Below, one piece after another: positions 1 through 7,014 of a DNA stretch of 16,123 nucleotides. The notes under the pieces were generated by a model, which was not told where the DNA came from, did not search any database, and saw only the letters and a list, made by a program, of their open reading frames with translations. This DNA is from a virus. Both the position numbers and the translations under genes were made by a program. The stretch is from IMG/VR virus record IMGVR_UViG_3300045988_123035, positions 1 to 16,123 of that record; one strand, 5' to 3'. Each line of letters begins with the position of its first letter. Within the stretch, counting starts at the first letter, position 1.

Positions 1-49
1 GCGACCACCGAGATCTACACTCTTTCCCTACACGACGCTCTTCCGATCT
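1..49. other. Illumina TruSeq universal (P5/read-1 side) adapter remnant; synthetic, not biological
   Basis: GCGACCACCGAGATCTACACTCTTTCCCTACACGACGCTCTTCCGATCT is the 3' 49 nt of the TruSeq universal adapter. Its exact reverse complement is at 16075..16123. Confidence 0.97.
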
Positions 50-77
50 AGCGCGGACACTGTTTTCCCCAAAAAGA

Positions 78-91
78 CAAACATACGTTCG
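78..91. promoter_or_regulatory. LexA/SOS (Cheo) box-like site near the genome terminus
   Basis: The minus strand reads CGAACGTATGTTTG. The Gram-positive LexA box is GAAC-N4-GTTC, idealised CGAACATATGTTCG; this copy has one core mismatch. Mirror copy at 16033..16046. Confidence 0.35.
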
Positions 92-149
92 ATAAATCAG
101 ATGTTAAATTCGCTACCTAAAAGTTGATCTATTCCAATTTGTCAATAGT

Positions 150-184
150 AAAAATGCACAAAGATCGACTAAATCTTTGTGCAT
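150..184 (-). terminator. Intrinsic terminator (second, backup) for the leftward late operon, inside the ITR
   Basis: 12-bp stem ATGCACAAAGAT/ATCTTTGTGCAT (154..165 / 173..184) with a 7-nt loop, followed on the minus strand by a U run (A-run 150..153 on plus). Confidence 0.5.
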
Positions 185-249
185 AATGCATATTGATTTT
201 TAAGTTTTCAGACAATTCAACGAGTTTTCAAAGTTGTTCACACAACACG

Positions 250-278
250 AAAAAACAGTGTCCGCGGTAGACGGACAC
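250..278 (-). terminator. Intrinsic terminator for the leftward late operon, inside the ITR
   Basis: On the minus strand: GTGTCCG-loop-CGGACAC hairpin (258..278) followed by TGTTTTTT (A-run 250..255 on plus). It lies about 45 nt downstream of the last stop codon (321..323). Confidence 0.55.
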
Positions 279-295
279 CATTAGTCCGTCTAGCA

Positions 296-309
296 CGAAC
301 ACTTGTTCG
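296..309. promoter_or_regulatory. LexA/SOS (Cheo) box-like palindrome at the inner edge of the ITR
   Basis: CGAACACTTGTTCG has a perfect GAAC-N4-GTTC core with flanking C/G. Mirror copy at 15815..15828, about 34 bp upstream of the -35 of the first early promoter. Confidence 0.4.
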
Positions 310-320
310 ATGTGGATAAC

Positions 321-956
321 TTATAAAATGCTGAAATGAATTACAACCGCAGTTCCTACTCCTAGGGTAACAAACGGCGTTAATCGTGCATGAGTTCGGA
401 ATCCTATATAGCCATTCTCGTCTAATGTATCATCACGAATTATAGAGTATCTATATACGCTTTTGCCCGCTATTTGCGGTGCGTAAATGTCCGATATTTC
501 TATATTTGTTGTATTTTCTGGAATAAGTATATAAAAATACTTGGATTCAGCCGTTACTTTTGCAAAAGCGAGTGAATAACATTCTTTGTTGCATTGATAT
601 ACCGGAAGAATATTAAGTGCGCTATTTTCATATCCGGCTTGAATTTTGAGCGCACTTAAGAGAACGCTTTTTTCAGCAAGATCATTGATAGCGTCTATTC
701 TATCACTGGTTTCTTTTGCAATGCTTGCGGCTAATTTTCCATCTTCGGACGTCCTGTCTACAACTTCTTTATCAACTCGGGCGTTAATCCTTACATCTTC
801 CGCGATTCTGTCCGTTTCTTCCTTTTTCAGCGCTTTATCAATCTGCACAAGTGCATTACTCAACGGTTCTAAAGGTGTGCTTTTTGGTGCATCAAAATTA
901 TAATTTTTTGTTTTGAAAACAATGTTTTCATCTGGATGGTAGTCTCTTTTATACAT
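321..956 (-). CDS. Putative second tail fibre / receptor-binding protein (211 aa)
   Basis: Last gene of the structural operon. ATG at 956 is preceded by GGGGG 8 nt upstream; the GTG at 965 in the ORF track is probably not the start. The central charged helical repeats (ETDRIAEDVRINARVDKEVVDRTSED..ETSDRIDAINDL) followed by a beta-rich C-terminus are typical of fibre proteins. Function is inferred from position and composition only. Confidence 0.5.
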   Translation of the reverse strand: MYKRDYHPDENIVFKTKNYNFDAPKSTPLEPLSNALVQIDKALKKEETDRIAEDVRINARVDKEVVDRTSEDGKLAASIAKETSDRIDAINDLAEKSVLLSALKIQAGYENSALNILPVYQCNKECYSLAFAKVTAESKYFYILIPENTTNIEISDIYAPQIAGKSVYRYSIIRDDTLDENGYIGFRTHARLTPFVTLGVGTAVVIHFSIL

Positions 957-957
957 A

Positions 958-2004
958 TTATACACCCCCTATATTATTTTTAAACCAATCCGGCGTAGTG
1001 TTTGCAAGTTGAGTTTTTCCACCCTCGTAGATGTAAAAACTGCATTCATCTCCACTTGTAATATCTGCCCATGTTGGCACAGTAATTGTAAACTGTGTTT
1101 CGGCAGTTGGTTTTGGTGGGAAAACTATAACCGCCGGATAATATGTTATTTTTGTATGGTTATAAATACTTGCGCCACCGAAAGATGGATTGCTTAAAAA
1201 ATTTGACAAATAGCTATAAGTAGCATCGTCCACAGAAAAAGAATCTATGCTTAAAAGCCCAACATCTTTACCACCCGCTACTGGCGTAACACTTGCGCTA
1301 AATCTTGCGGAGATAATAGCGCTAATAAATCGAATAGTAACTTCGGGGTAGATAAGATCTTGCCAATCCATTGATCCTTTATTAAGTTCGCTAACTTCTG
1401 CCCCCGCCGCATGAACCTCTACATGTCCGTGTCGTTTAATTGGAACACTATTGACAAGGACATTAACATTTGTTGTGTCGCCTTGTACATTATTTATTTT
1501 TGTATTTAATTCGTTTATTTGATTATTGATTGTTTGCTGATAGTTATTCCATTCATTTTCAATTCTGGTTAAAAATTCTTCCGTTTTTTTGATTAACTGG
1601 TTAATTTGATTAACATAATTGCTAAACTGTTCATCCCAGTTGTCGATTTTTTGCGACCACTCATTCCATGTTTGTACCCACTGATCCCACTGTGTTTTCC
1701 AACTGTTAAAAGTTACTTCCCAGTTGTTCCATGTGTCCACCATACTATTCCATTCGCTGATAATCTGATTCAAAAGTTTTGTCGCGTCCTCAATAAATTT
1801 CTTTTGTGCGTCAGTGAGGTCATTAACTTGTTTAATAAGCTGATTAAGCATACTAGCAATTCGACATAATACCTCATAGTATGATAACGCATCATCATAA
1901 ACAAGTGGTTGCGTCTTTTGCACCCAAAACGCAAAGTCTGGAAAGTGTACTTCATACAGTCCAGAATTTACATTAGGGTCAAACGGGTTAATTTTGTTTG
2001 CCAT
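958..2004 (-). CDS. Tail fibre / appendage (receptor-binding) protein with Trp-rich coiled coil (348 aa)
   Basis: RBS GGAG upstream of the ATG at 2004. The N-terminal PLVYDDALSYYEVLCRI motif is common at phage tail-fibre N-termini. A long heptad region is followed by a beta-rich C-terminal domain. The gene occupies the phi29 gp12 position, downstream of the collar genes. Confidence 0.6.
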   Translation of the reverse strand: MANKINPFDPNVNSGLYEVHFPDFAFWVQKTQPLVYDDALSYYEVLCRIASMLNQLIKQVNDLTDAQKKFIEDATKLLNQIISEWNSMVDTWNNWEVTFNSWKTQWDQWVQTWNEWSQKIDNWDEQFSNYVNQINQLIKKTEEFLTRIENEWNNYQQTINNQINELNTKINNVQGDTTNVNVLVNSVPIKRHGHVEVHAAGAEVSELNKGSMDWQDLIYPEVTIRFISAIISARFSASVTPVAGGKDVGLLSIDSFSVDDATYSYLSNFLSNPSFGGASIYNHTKITYYPAVIVFPPKPTAETQFTITVPTWADITSGDECSFYIYEGGKTQLANTTPDWFKNNIGGV

Positions 2005-2017
2005 TTCTTACTCCTTT

Positions 2018-2797
2018 CTACCTCATCCAATCAATAGATAAGCCTAAGTTTCCGCGGTTTCCGTACGCCATCATATTAAAGTCATTTCCATGCTCGGAAA
2101 AATCATCAAAAATTGACATAAATAATTCTTCGCAATCTGCAATGATAGCGTTATTAACATTAACAATGTGTTCACGATACATTACAAGTTCGTTCATTTT
2201 ACTGCCGCGCCATCCTTTTTCTGTCCGATGGCTAGTGTCTACAACTGATGTATTACTCTTACCTGTGTTTTTTTCAGTAACTGCTCGGCTGTTCTCTTCT
2301 GTGCTTTGCCCTCTAGTCATGCCGGACGCATAGTCTGTGCCGGAAAAATTAACTTGTGGGTTATCGCTGTTAATGCGTTGGTCATTAGCGCTACTATTGT
2401 TAGTGTCGTTCATGGCTCTGTCTGCTTGTGATGTATTGCTTCCGTCGCTCGTGTCGGTGTCGTCAAATGTCATGTTTGTATTTTCCAAAATTTGTGATAC
2501 GCTTAAATTACTGTCATACATCGCTTTGTATCTTGGCATGTTTCGTGTCAGCGTGTCATTAAGCTTGAGCTTAAAAAGACCGATTGTCTCGAATCCGATT
2601 TCGCTCATATAAAAATGGATAATAAACATACGCTCGAACTCTACGCGGCTTGTCTCGTCCTCATTGTACCATGGGTACGAAAAATCGAAAAGGTGCGGTC
2701 GTCCTGTGGCTATTTTGTCGTACGTTGTAGCATTTACATTCTTCCAGTCCGTAAAGCTTTCGATATATTCCCTAATTCTGGTCGTATATGTTGCCAT
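2018..2797 (-). CDS. Lower collar protein (phi29 gp11-like), 259 aa
   Basis: The start is taken at the internal ATG 2797 (RBS GGGGGCGGAG), which overlaps the connector gene by 26 nt. It lies directly downstream of the connector, as in phi29. The HFYMSEIGFETIGLFKLKLN..MPRY pattern recalls podophage lower-collar proteins. Confidence 0.6.
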   Translation of the reverse strand: MATYTTRIREYIESFTDWKNVNATTYDKIATGRPHLFDFSYPWYNEDETSRVEFERMFIIHFYMSEIGFETIGLFKLKLNDTLTRNMPRYKAMYDSNLSVSQILENTNMTFDDTDTSDGSNTSQADRAMNDTNNSSANDQRINSDNPQVNFSGTDYASGMTRGQSTEENSRAVTEKNTGKSNTSVVDTSHRTEKGWRGSKMNELVMYREHIVNVNNAIIADCEELFMSIFDDFSEHGNDFNMMAYGNRGNLGLSIDWMR

Positions 2798-3662
2798 TTT
2801 CTCCGCCCCCTCTCTCAAGGTTTTCTTTTCTCTCAACGCCAAGACCGCTACCGATGTAGCTCACATCAACACTAAGCCCAAAAAGGCGGTTAATCTGTTC
2901 GCAAGCGCGCTTTCGCACTCCGAGAAATGATTGGCGGTTAATGAGCGTCAAATCTGCATCTTGTTCGACCTCGCTTGTAATTAAACGCTCTTTTTTTGTA
3001 CCGTCAATGTTATTTATACCAAACTGCACGCAAAAGTCTGCAATTTCTTGTCTCATTGCTGTTGTTAAGTCTCCGAAAACGTTCGGTGGGTTTAGGTTGA
3101 GTACTTTTATATTGTCAATGTTGCTTACGCCGTCTCTGACAGAAATAAAAGGTACAAAGTCATTATACTGTTTAAAAAGGTTTTTTGTGCTTAATCTCTG
3201 GTTATCACTGCCTGCAATAATAACAGGTGTTCTTTGCGCGTAAATGTTTAAATTTCTTGTCATTCTCATATTAGCCAAACTTTCCGCATACATCTGTACA
3301 TAATCTACGCTAGGATAACCAATGGCACTATCCCAAACAATAACGCTGTTTGCTTTATTAAGAGTTTTAAAATACTGCTGTGCATATGCAAAACGCGTAT
3401 TTGGTACGCCGTAAATATCAACAGTTCCGCCAAGGTTGGTTTTCATAATTGCAAATTTTTCGATAACATCATCTTCAAAAAAGACGGCTTGCCCCCACCA
3501 GAACAAATAATCTTCTAAAATTCGCGGCGGAATTTCATCCGGCAATCCTATCCATTCAAAACGGTTCACGATCATTTCATGAAGCATATTGAAATATCGG
3601 ATATAATAATTCCGGTATTGCGGCACACTGAAATATTCCGCGTCTTTTGATTGATTTTTCAT
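2772..3662 (-). CDS. Head-tail connector / upper collar (portal) protein, phi29 gp10 family (296 aa)
   Basis: It aligns by eye with phi29 gp10. [12 protein letters not shown] matches [39 protein letters not shown] matches [39 protein letters not shown] matches [28 protein letters not shown] matches REEACEKINELYGLNVKV. RBS AAGGAG. Confidence 0.9.
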   Translation of the reverse strand: [296 protein letters not shown]

Positions 3663-3679
3663 TTTTTTACTCCTTTTCT

Positions 3680-5365
3680 TTAATTGTTTGCAAGCCCATA
3701 ATTACCGATATCATTAGTATGCCATATTGTCACACCGCGATCAAATATTGATCGTAAAATAACAAGGTAATCAAGATCAATGTTACCGCTGATTGTGCAA
3801 TTACGGGTTTTAACAAAATCCCACGCCGATCTATTGTTGATTGACGGTTGTCCGATCTCGCCTATTTTATAGCCAAACATCGTAAAATAGTCGTCAATTT
3901 TACGTGCATACTCCGCGCGAATTTGCATAGGATAATAACTAATGTGGTCGTTGCCGATAATCTTACTTGCGTTACCGCTCGATGTTGTAACATTTCCGCT
4001 CGGCTGTAAAAAATGATTAACTACTGCTTTTATACCGTCTCCGATAACATCCGACCAATCAGTGCTACTAAGGGTACTTAATGGACTAGATTTAAAAGCA
4101 TCACTCGCGGCTTGCTTTCCTGTTGCTATGGCGTTTCCAGTTCCACTTGCCGCCGCACCCAAAAATCCAAAACCCGCACCAGATAAAGCTTTTCCAACTC
4201 CGTTAAAAACTCCGGCGGCTGTGTCAACACCTTGTGATACTACGTCTCCGCCACTCATTAAAGCACTCGCTCCCGCCGTACTTGTCATCTGTGCAACATA
4301 TGCTTTGTATGCATCTGTCATTATCGCACATTTTGGATAGTCCGAAAACGTAAGCATATCCGTATAATCTTGCGCGAATCCTTTGTACTGTATAGGATAA
4401 GACACAAGCAGAGGGTTAGGTGTCATTGCTACGGTATAAGTAAAACTACAAGCGTCACTTGCAAAAAATTCGTATCTATACTCGATTCCTACTCCGTTGT
4501 TATTATTGCCATATAAAAAATTATACGGATAACAAAATAACTTTTTATTTTTTGGCACATACCCATCAATATTGTCATATTTTTTAGGCAAATTTAACTG
4601 TTTGAATTGTGTTTCTTCTGCGATAAAGCTTGTTGGCATCATAAATGCGTTTAAAATTCCGTCAATAGTACCGTTTGCGTTAGCGGCAATTAAAAATTCA
4701 TTTACGCCGTTTCCATTATCGAAAACGTTAAAAGTGATTGCAGTATACACACCATCCCTAAATTCTCCACCGTTAAAATTTCCGCTCTCGTCAAATGCGC
4801 TCGGTATGACAACGCTCATAATGTTTCTGTCACTTAATTCCGGCGCGTCATAATTCTGATCTGTCTCCTGTTTAACAATATATTCGCCTGTTTCCAATCC
4901 CTCTGGGAAAGTGTATTTACCTATAACATCATCAGACTTTTTTACAATTTGTCGCTCGATATAGCACTTATTGAGCACCATATCAAATTGACAATTTGTC
5001 CAAACGTCCATGATAAAATGCACTCTGCACGAGTTGACAGACAGCGGCTCGACACTTGTTATAAATCCATACGCCCAGTTGTCCATATATCCTACGTTTT
5101 TAAAAGCAATATAGTTCGCACTGTCTGCGTACAACTCGTTCACAGGCGCGGCAAAATCCGCGTAACCTCTTTTAACTGGCGCGGCATTATCGGTGCTATA
5201 GATTGCTTTGCTATCAACATATGCAAAAAGTTCTTCTCGGCTGTTAAAAAGTCGCACATGGTTGTAGGACGAATCCCACGGTATACCTCGGCATATCCTC
5301 ACTTGTGCAACAGGCGCTATTCCATCTACGTTTTTTTGTGTTGGCATCGGTATCATGTTATCCAT
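3680..5365 (-). CDS. Tail knob / distal tube protein, phi29 gp9 family (561 aa)
   Basis: NYIAFKNVGYMDNWAYGFITSVEP..VHFIMDVWTNCQF matches phi29 gp9 YIMFQNADYGNKWFYAFVTELEF..VHFEIDVLQTWMF. The C-terminus FGYKIGEI..FVKTRNCTISGNIDLDYLVILRSIFDRGVTIWHTNDIGNY matches [48 protein letters not shown]. The start is set at ATG 5365 (RBS AGGAAA), because the upstream 15 codons of the ORF cover a hairpin and a parS palindrome. Confidence 0.88.
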   Translation of the reverse strand: MDNMIPMPTQKNVDGIAPVAQVRICRGIPWDSSYNHVRLFNSREELFAYVDSKAIYSTDNAAPVKRGYADFAAPVNELYADSANYIAFKNVGYMDNWAYGFITSVEPLSVNSCRVHFIMDVWTNCQFDMVLNKCYIERQIVKKSDDVIGKYTFPEGLETGEYIVKQETDQNYDAPELSDRNIMSVVIPSAFDESGNFNGGEFRDGVYTAITFNVFDNGNGVNEFLIAANANGTIDGILNAFMMPTSFIAEETQFKQLNLPKKYDNIDGYVPKNKKLFCYPYNFLYGNNNNGVGIEYRYEFFASDACSFTYTVAMTPNPLLVSYPIQYKGFAQDYTDMLTFSDYPKCAIMTDAYKAYVAQMTSTAGASALMSGGDVVSQGVDTAAGVFNGVGKALSGAGFGFLGAAASGTGNAIATGKQAASDAFKSSPLSTLSSTDWSDVIGDGIKAVVNHFLQPSGNVTTSSGNASKIIGNDHISYYPMQIRAEYARKIDDYFTMFGYKIGEIGQPSINNRSAWDFVKTRNCTISGNIDLDYLVILRSIFDRGVTIWHTNDIGNYGLANN

Positions 5366-5380
5366 GCTTTCCTCATTTCT

Positions 5381-5401
5381 AGGGGAGCATTGCGCTCCCC
5401 T
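5381..5401 (-). other. GC-rich RNA stem-loop between the capsid and tail-knob cistrons
   Basis: 8-bp stem AGGGGAGC/GCTCCCCT with a 5-nt loop and no U tract. It lies 7 nt from the parS palindrome and 15 nt upstream of the tail-knob start. Confidence 0.4.
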
Positions 5402-5408
5402 CAAAATC

Positions 5409-5428
5409 AATGTTTCACGTGAAACATT
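5409..5428. promoter_or_regulatory. parS: parS-like perfect palindrome, copy 1 (20 bp; 16-bp core 5411..5426)
   Basis: AATGTTTCACGTGAAACATT. The core TGTTTCACGTGAAACA is the symmetric form of the ParB/Spo0J site TGTTNCACGTGAAACA. It abuts the capsid gene stop codon (5428..5430). Confidence 0.7.
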
Positions 5429-6705
5429 TACTGATTGACTGTAACAGTACCTGTTCCGCTGATCGTGCTGTTATATCTTGATATCGCTTTTACGGTAAGC
5501 GTTGCCGCTTTCTCGTCATTGGCAATATGCAAGATATTCGACCCCGGAATAAAACTTGTATACTGGCTTGTCGCGCCCTCTACGTCAAAATCGAGCATCT
5601 GCGGCGTGTACTGATCTGTGCCTGTTACTAAGGCTGTAACCTCAACATCAGTTCCCACATTTCCGGCGGTATCTGTAACGCTCACGGTTGTAAGTCCGAC
5701 AGTATCCGTAGTAAAAACAATGCAAGGGAAAAACGGCGAATAAGAAAACATTTCCGACATTGTGTAAAAATAATTCCACGTAAGCGCCGCACCATTTCTT
5801 GAATCGGTCAGCGTCCGGAAATTCTCGCGCACATTAAAAAATCTCATATCAAACAGCGCAAGCTTGATATTGGGGTCGTCAAACTTGTCAATGATAATTT
5901 TGCGGACATTGATGTCAACTTTATCCATATTAAAGGCTGTTGCAAGCACTTCAACATCTAACTCCGCGTCAATTTCCGGCGTAGTGATATAAAAGATTGT
6001 CTGATCGTTTGCGCAACTGTCTGCTCCGGCAATATTGTACTCGGGGTGGGGAAATTTCATCTGTCCGATGTAAGCCTTTACAAGCTTTGTCAGCTTTTTA
6101 GCATTTTCTGCACTTGCTGTAGGGTCTGCAACATTAACCGCGTACAGCTGATCTGCCGCACTCGCGCTCTCAATCAGACGTTTCATGCACAAATATTCAT
6201 CCCAATTTGCCGCTGCAAAAAGACTCTGTACTTTTGCATTGATTAAATCGCGCACACCATATTCCGACCGGAACGCTGTACGCAAGTTGTCAAAAGTGAC
6301 TGTAACCGCGTACTGGATAGCGGGTGTGATCTTGTGATACGCCGCCATGACACTTGACTGATAGTAAGCATACAGTTCTGCAACTGTTGCGAACTGGTTA
6401 AACTGCTTACCTTTTGCCATGTTGATAAAAATTTCTTCTTCTGTACCACCGTAACGCATCGGGTCTCTCTTAAGCACTCCGAGAGGATTCTCAAAAAAGA
6501 CTGTCTCGATTCTCTGCTCCATGATCTGCTCTACCAACGCATTTGCAAACGCATTTCTAAGCGGTACAATATTAAGCAAACTTTCGTAAATACTAGAGAT
6601 GTTCTCCGATGTTGCTTCGGGAATCCGGTTCTGATATTCCAGACTCTGCATAGATCTTACTGCATTTAAAATAGCTACGTTCGTAGCCGGAACTTTGTTA
6701 CCCAT
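5428..6705 (-). CDS. Major capsid protein with C-terminal Ig-like (BIG2-type) domain (425 aa)
   Basis: Strong RBS GAGGAG. The gene lies directly downstream of a small acidic scaffold-like gene, as in phi29 genes 7-8. The size and the C-terminal beta-rich segment (TVSVTDTAGNVGTDVEVTALVTG..ATLTVKAIS..GTGTVTV) resemble phi29 gp8 with its Ig-like domain. Confidence 0.75.
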   Translation of the reverse strand: MGNKVPATNVAILNAVRSMQSLEYQNRIPEATSENISSIYESLLNIVPLRNAFANALVEQIMEQRIETVFFENPLGVLKRDPMRYGGTEEEIFINMAKGKQFNQFATVAELYAYYQSSVMAAYHKITPAIQYAVTVTFDNLRTAFRSEYGVRDLINAKVQSLFAAANWDEYLCMKRLIESASAADQLYAVNVADPTASAENAKKLTKLVKAYIGQMKFPHPEYNIAGADSCANDQTIFYITTPEIDAELDVEVLATAFNMDKVDINVRKIIIDKFDDPNIKLALFDMRFFNVRENFRTLTDSRNGAALTWNYFYTMSEMFSYSPFFPCIVFTTDTVGLTTVSVTDTAGNVGTDVEVTALVTGTDQYTPQMLDFDVEGATSQYTSFIPGSNILHIANDEKAATLTVKAISRYNSTISGTGTVTVNQ

Positions 6706-6719
6706 TTTTTTCTCCTCTC

Positions 6720-7010
6720 TTACTCTGTACTGCCGTCAAAGTCAAGCATTTCCGGCGTTACATCTTCGACCACGCCAACATCTGCCTTTGGCTCTTCGAT
6801 GTCTGCTTTCGGTGTTTCCTGTCCGGCTAACATCTCGCCAAAACGCGCAATGTACTTTTCGCGCAAGCCCTCATACCGTTCCTTGTAGCCGTCATCTGTT
6901 ACATTTGCGCCGCTTCTGATGGATTCTGTAATAACATTGATTTCTTCATCCAATTCTTCCGGCGCGTCAATCTTGCCTAAGATTGCTTTTAAAGCTTCAT
7001 CTGCTGTCAT
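6720..7010 (-). CDS. Scaffolding protein (phi29 gp7-like), 96 aa
   Basis: Small, strongly acidic, helix-prone protein immediately upstream of the capsid gene. The call rests on position and composition only. Confidence 0.55.
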   Translation of the reverse strand: MTADEALKAILGKIDAPEELDEEINVITESIRSGANVTDDGYKERYEGLREKYIARFGEMLAGQETPKADIEEPKADVGVVEDVTPEMLDFDGSTE

Positions 7011-7014
7011 TTTT

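Larger units (their letters stand above)
50..321. repeat. Left inverted terminal repeat (272 bp) of a linear protein-primed genome
   Basis: 50..321 is the exact reverse complement of 15803..16074 (compared block by block, no mismatch seen). It starts 5'-AGCGCGGACAC directly after the adapter and is non-coding. Confidence 0.95.

Noticed and set aside
140-145. TTGACA hexamer in the ITR (minus strand at the left end, plus strand at the right end) as an outward-facing promoter
   Set aside because: There is no acceptable -10 at 16-18 nt (best is TTTTAG), and it would transcribe off the DNA end.
50-321. ITR as an assembly artefact (collapsed or duplicated end)
   Set aside because: Each copy joins a different unique sequence (the stop codon of the last gene versus the early promoter region), and each ends exactly at an adapter junction. 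ITRs of this size are known in phi29-like phages. It should still be confirmed by read mapping.
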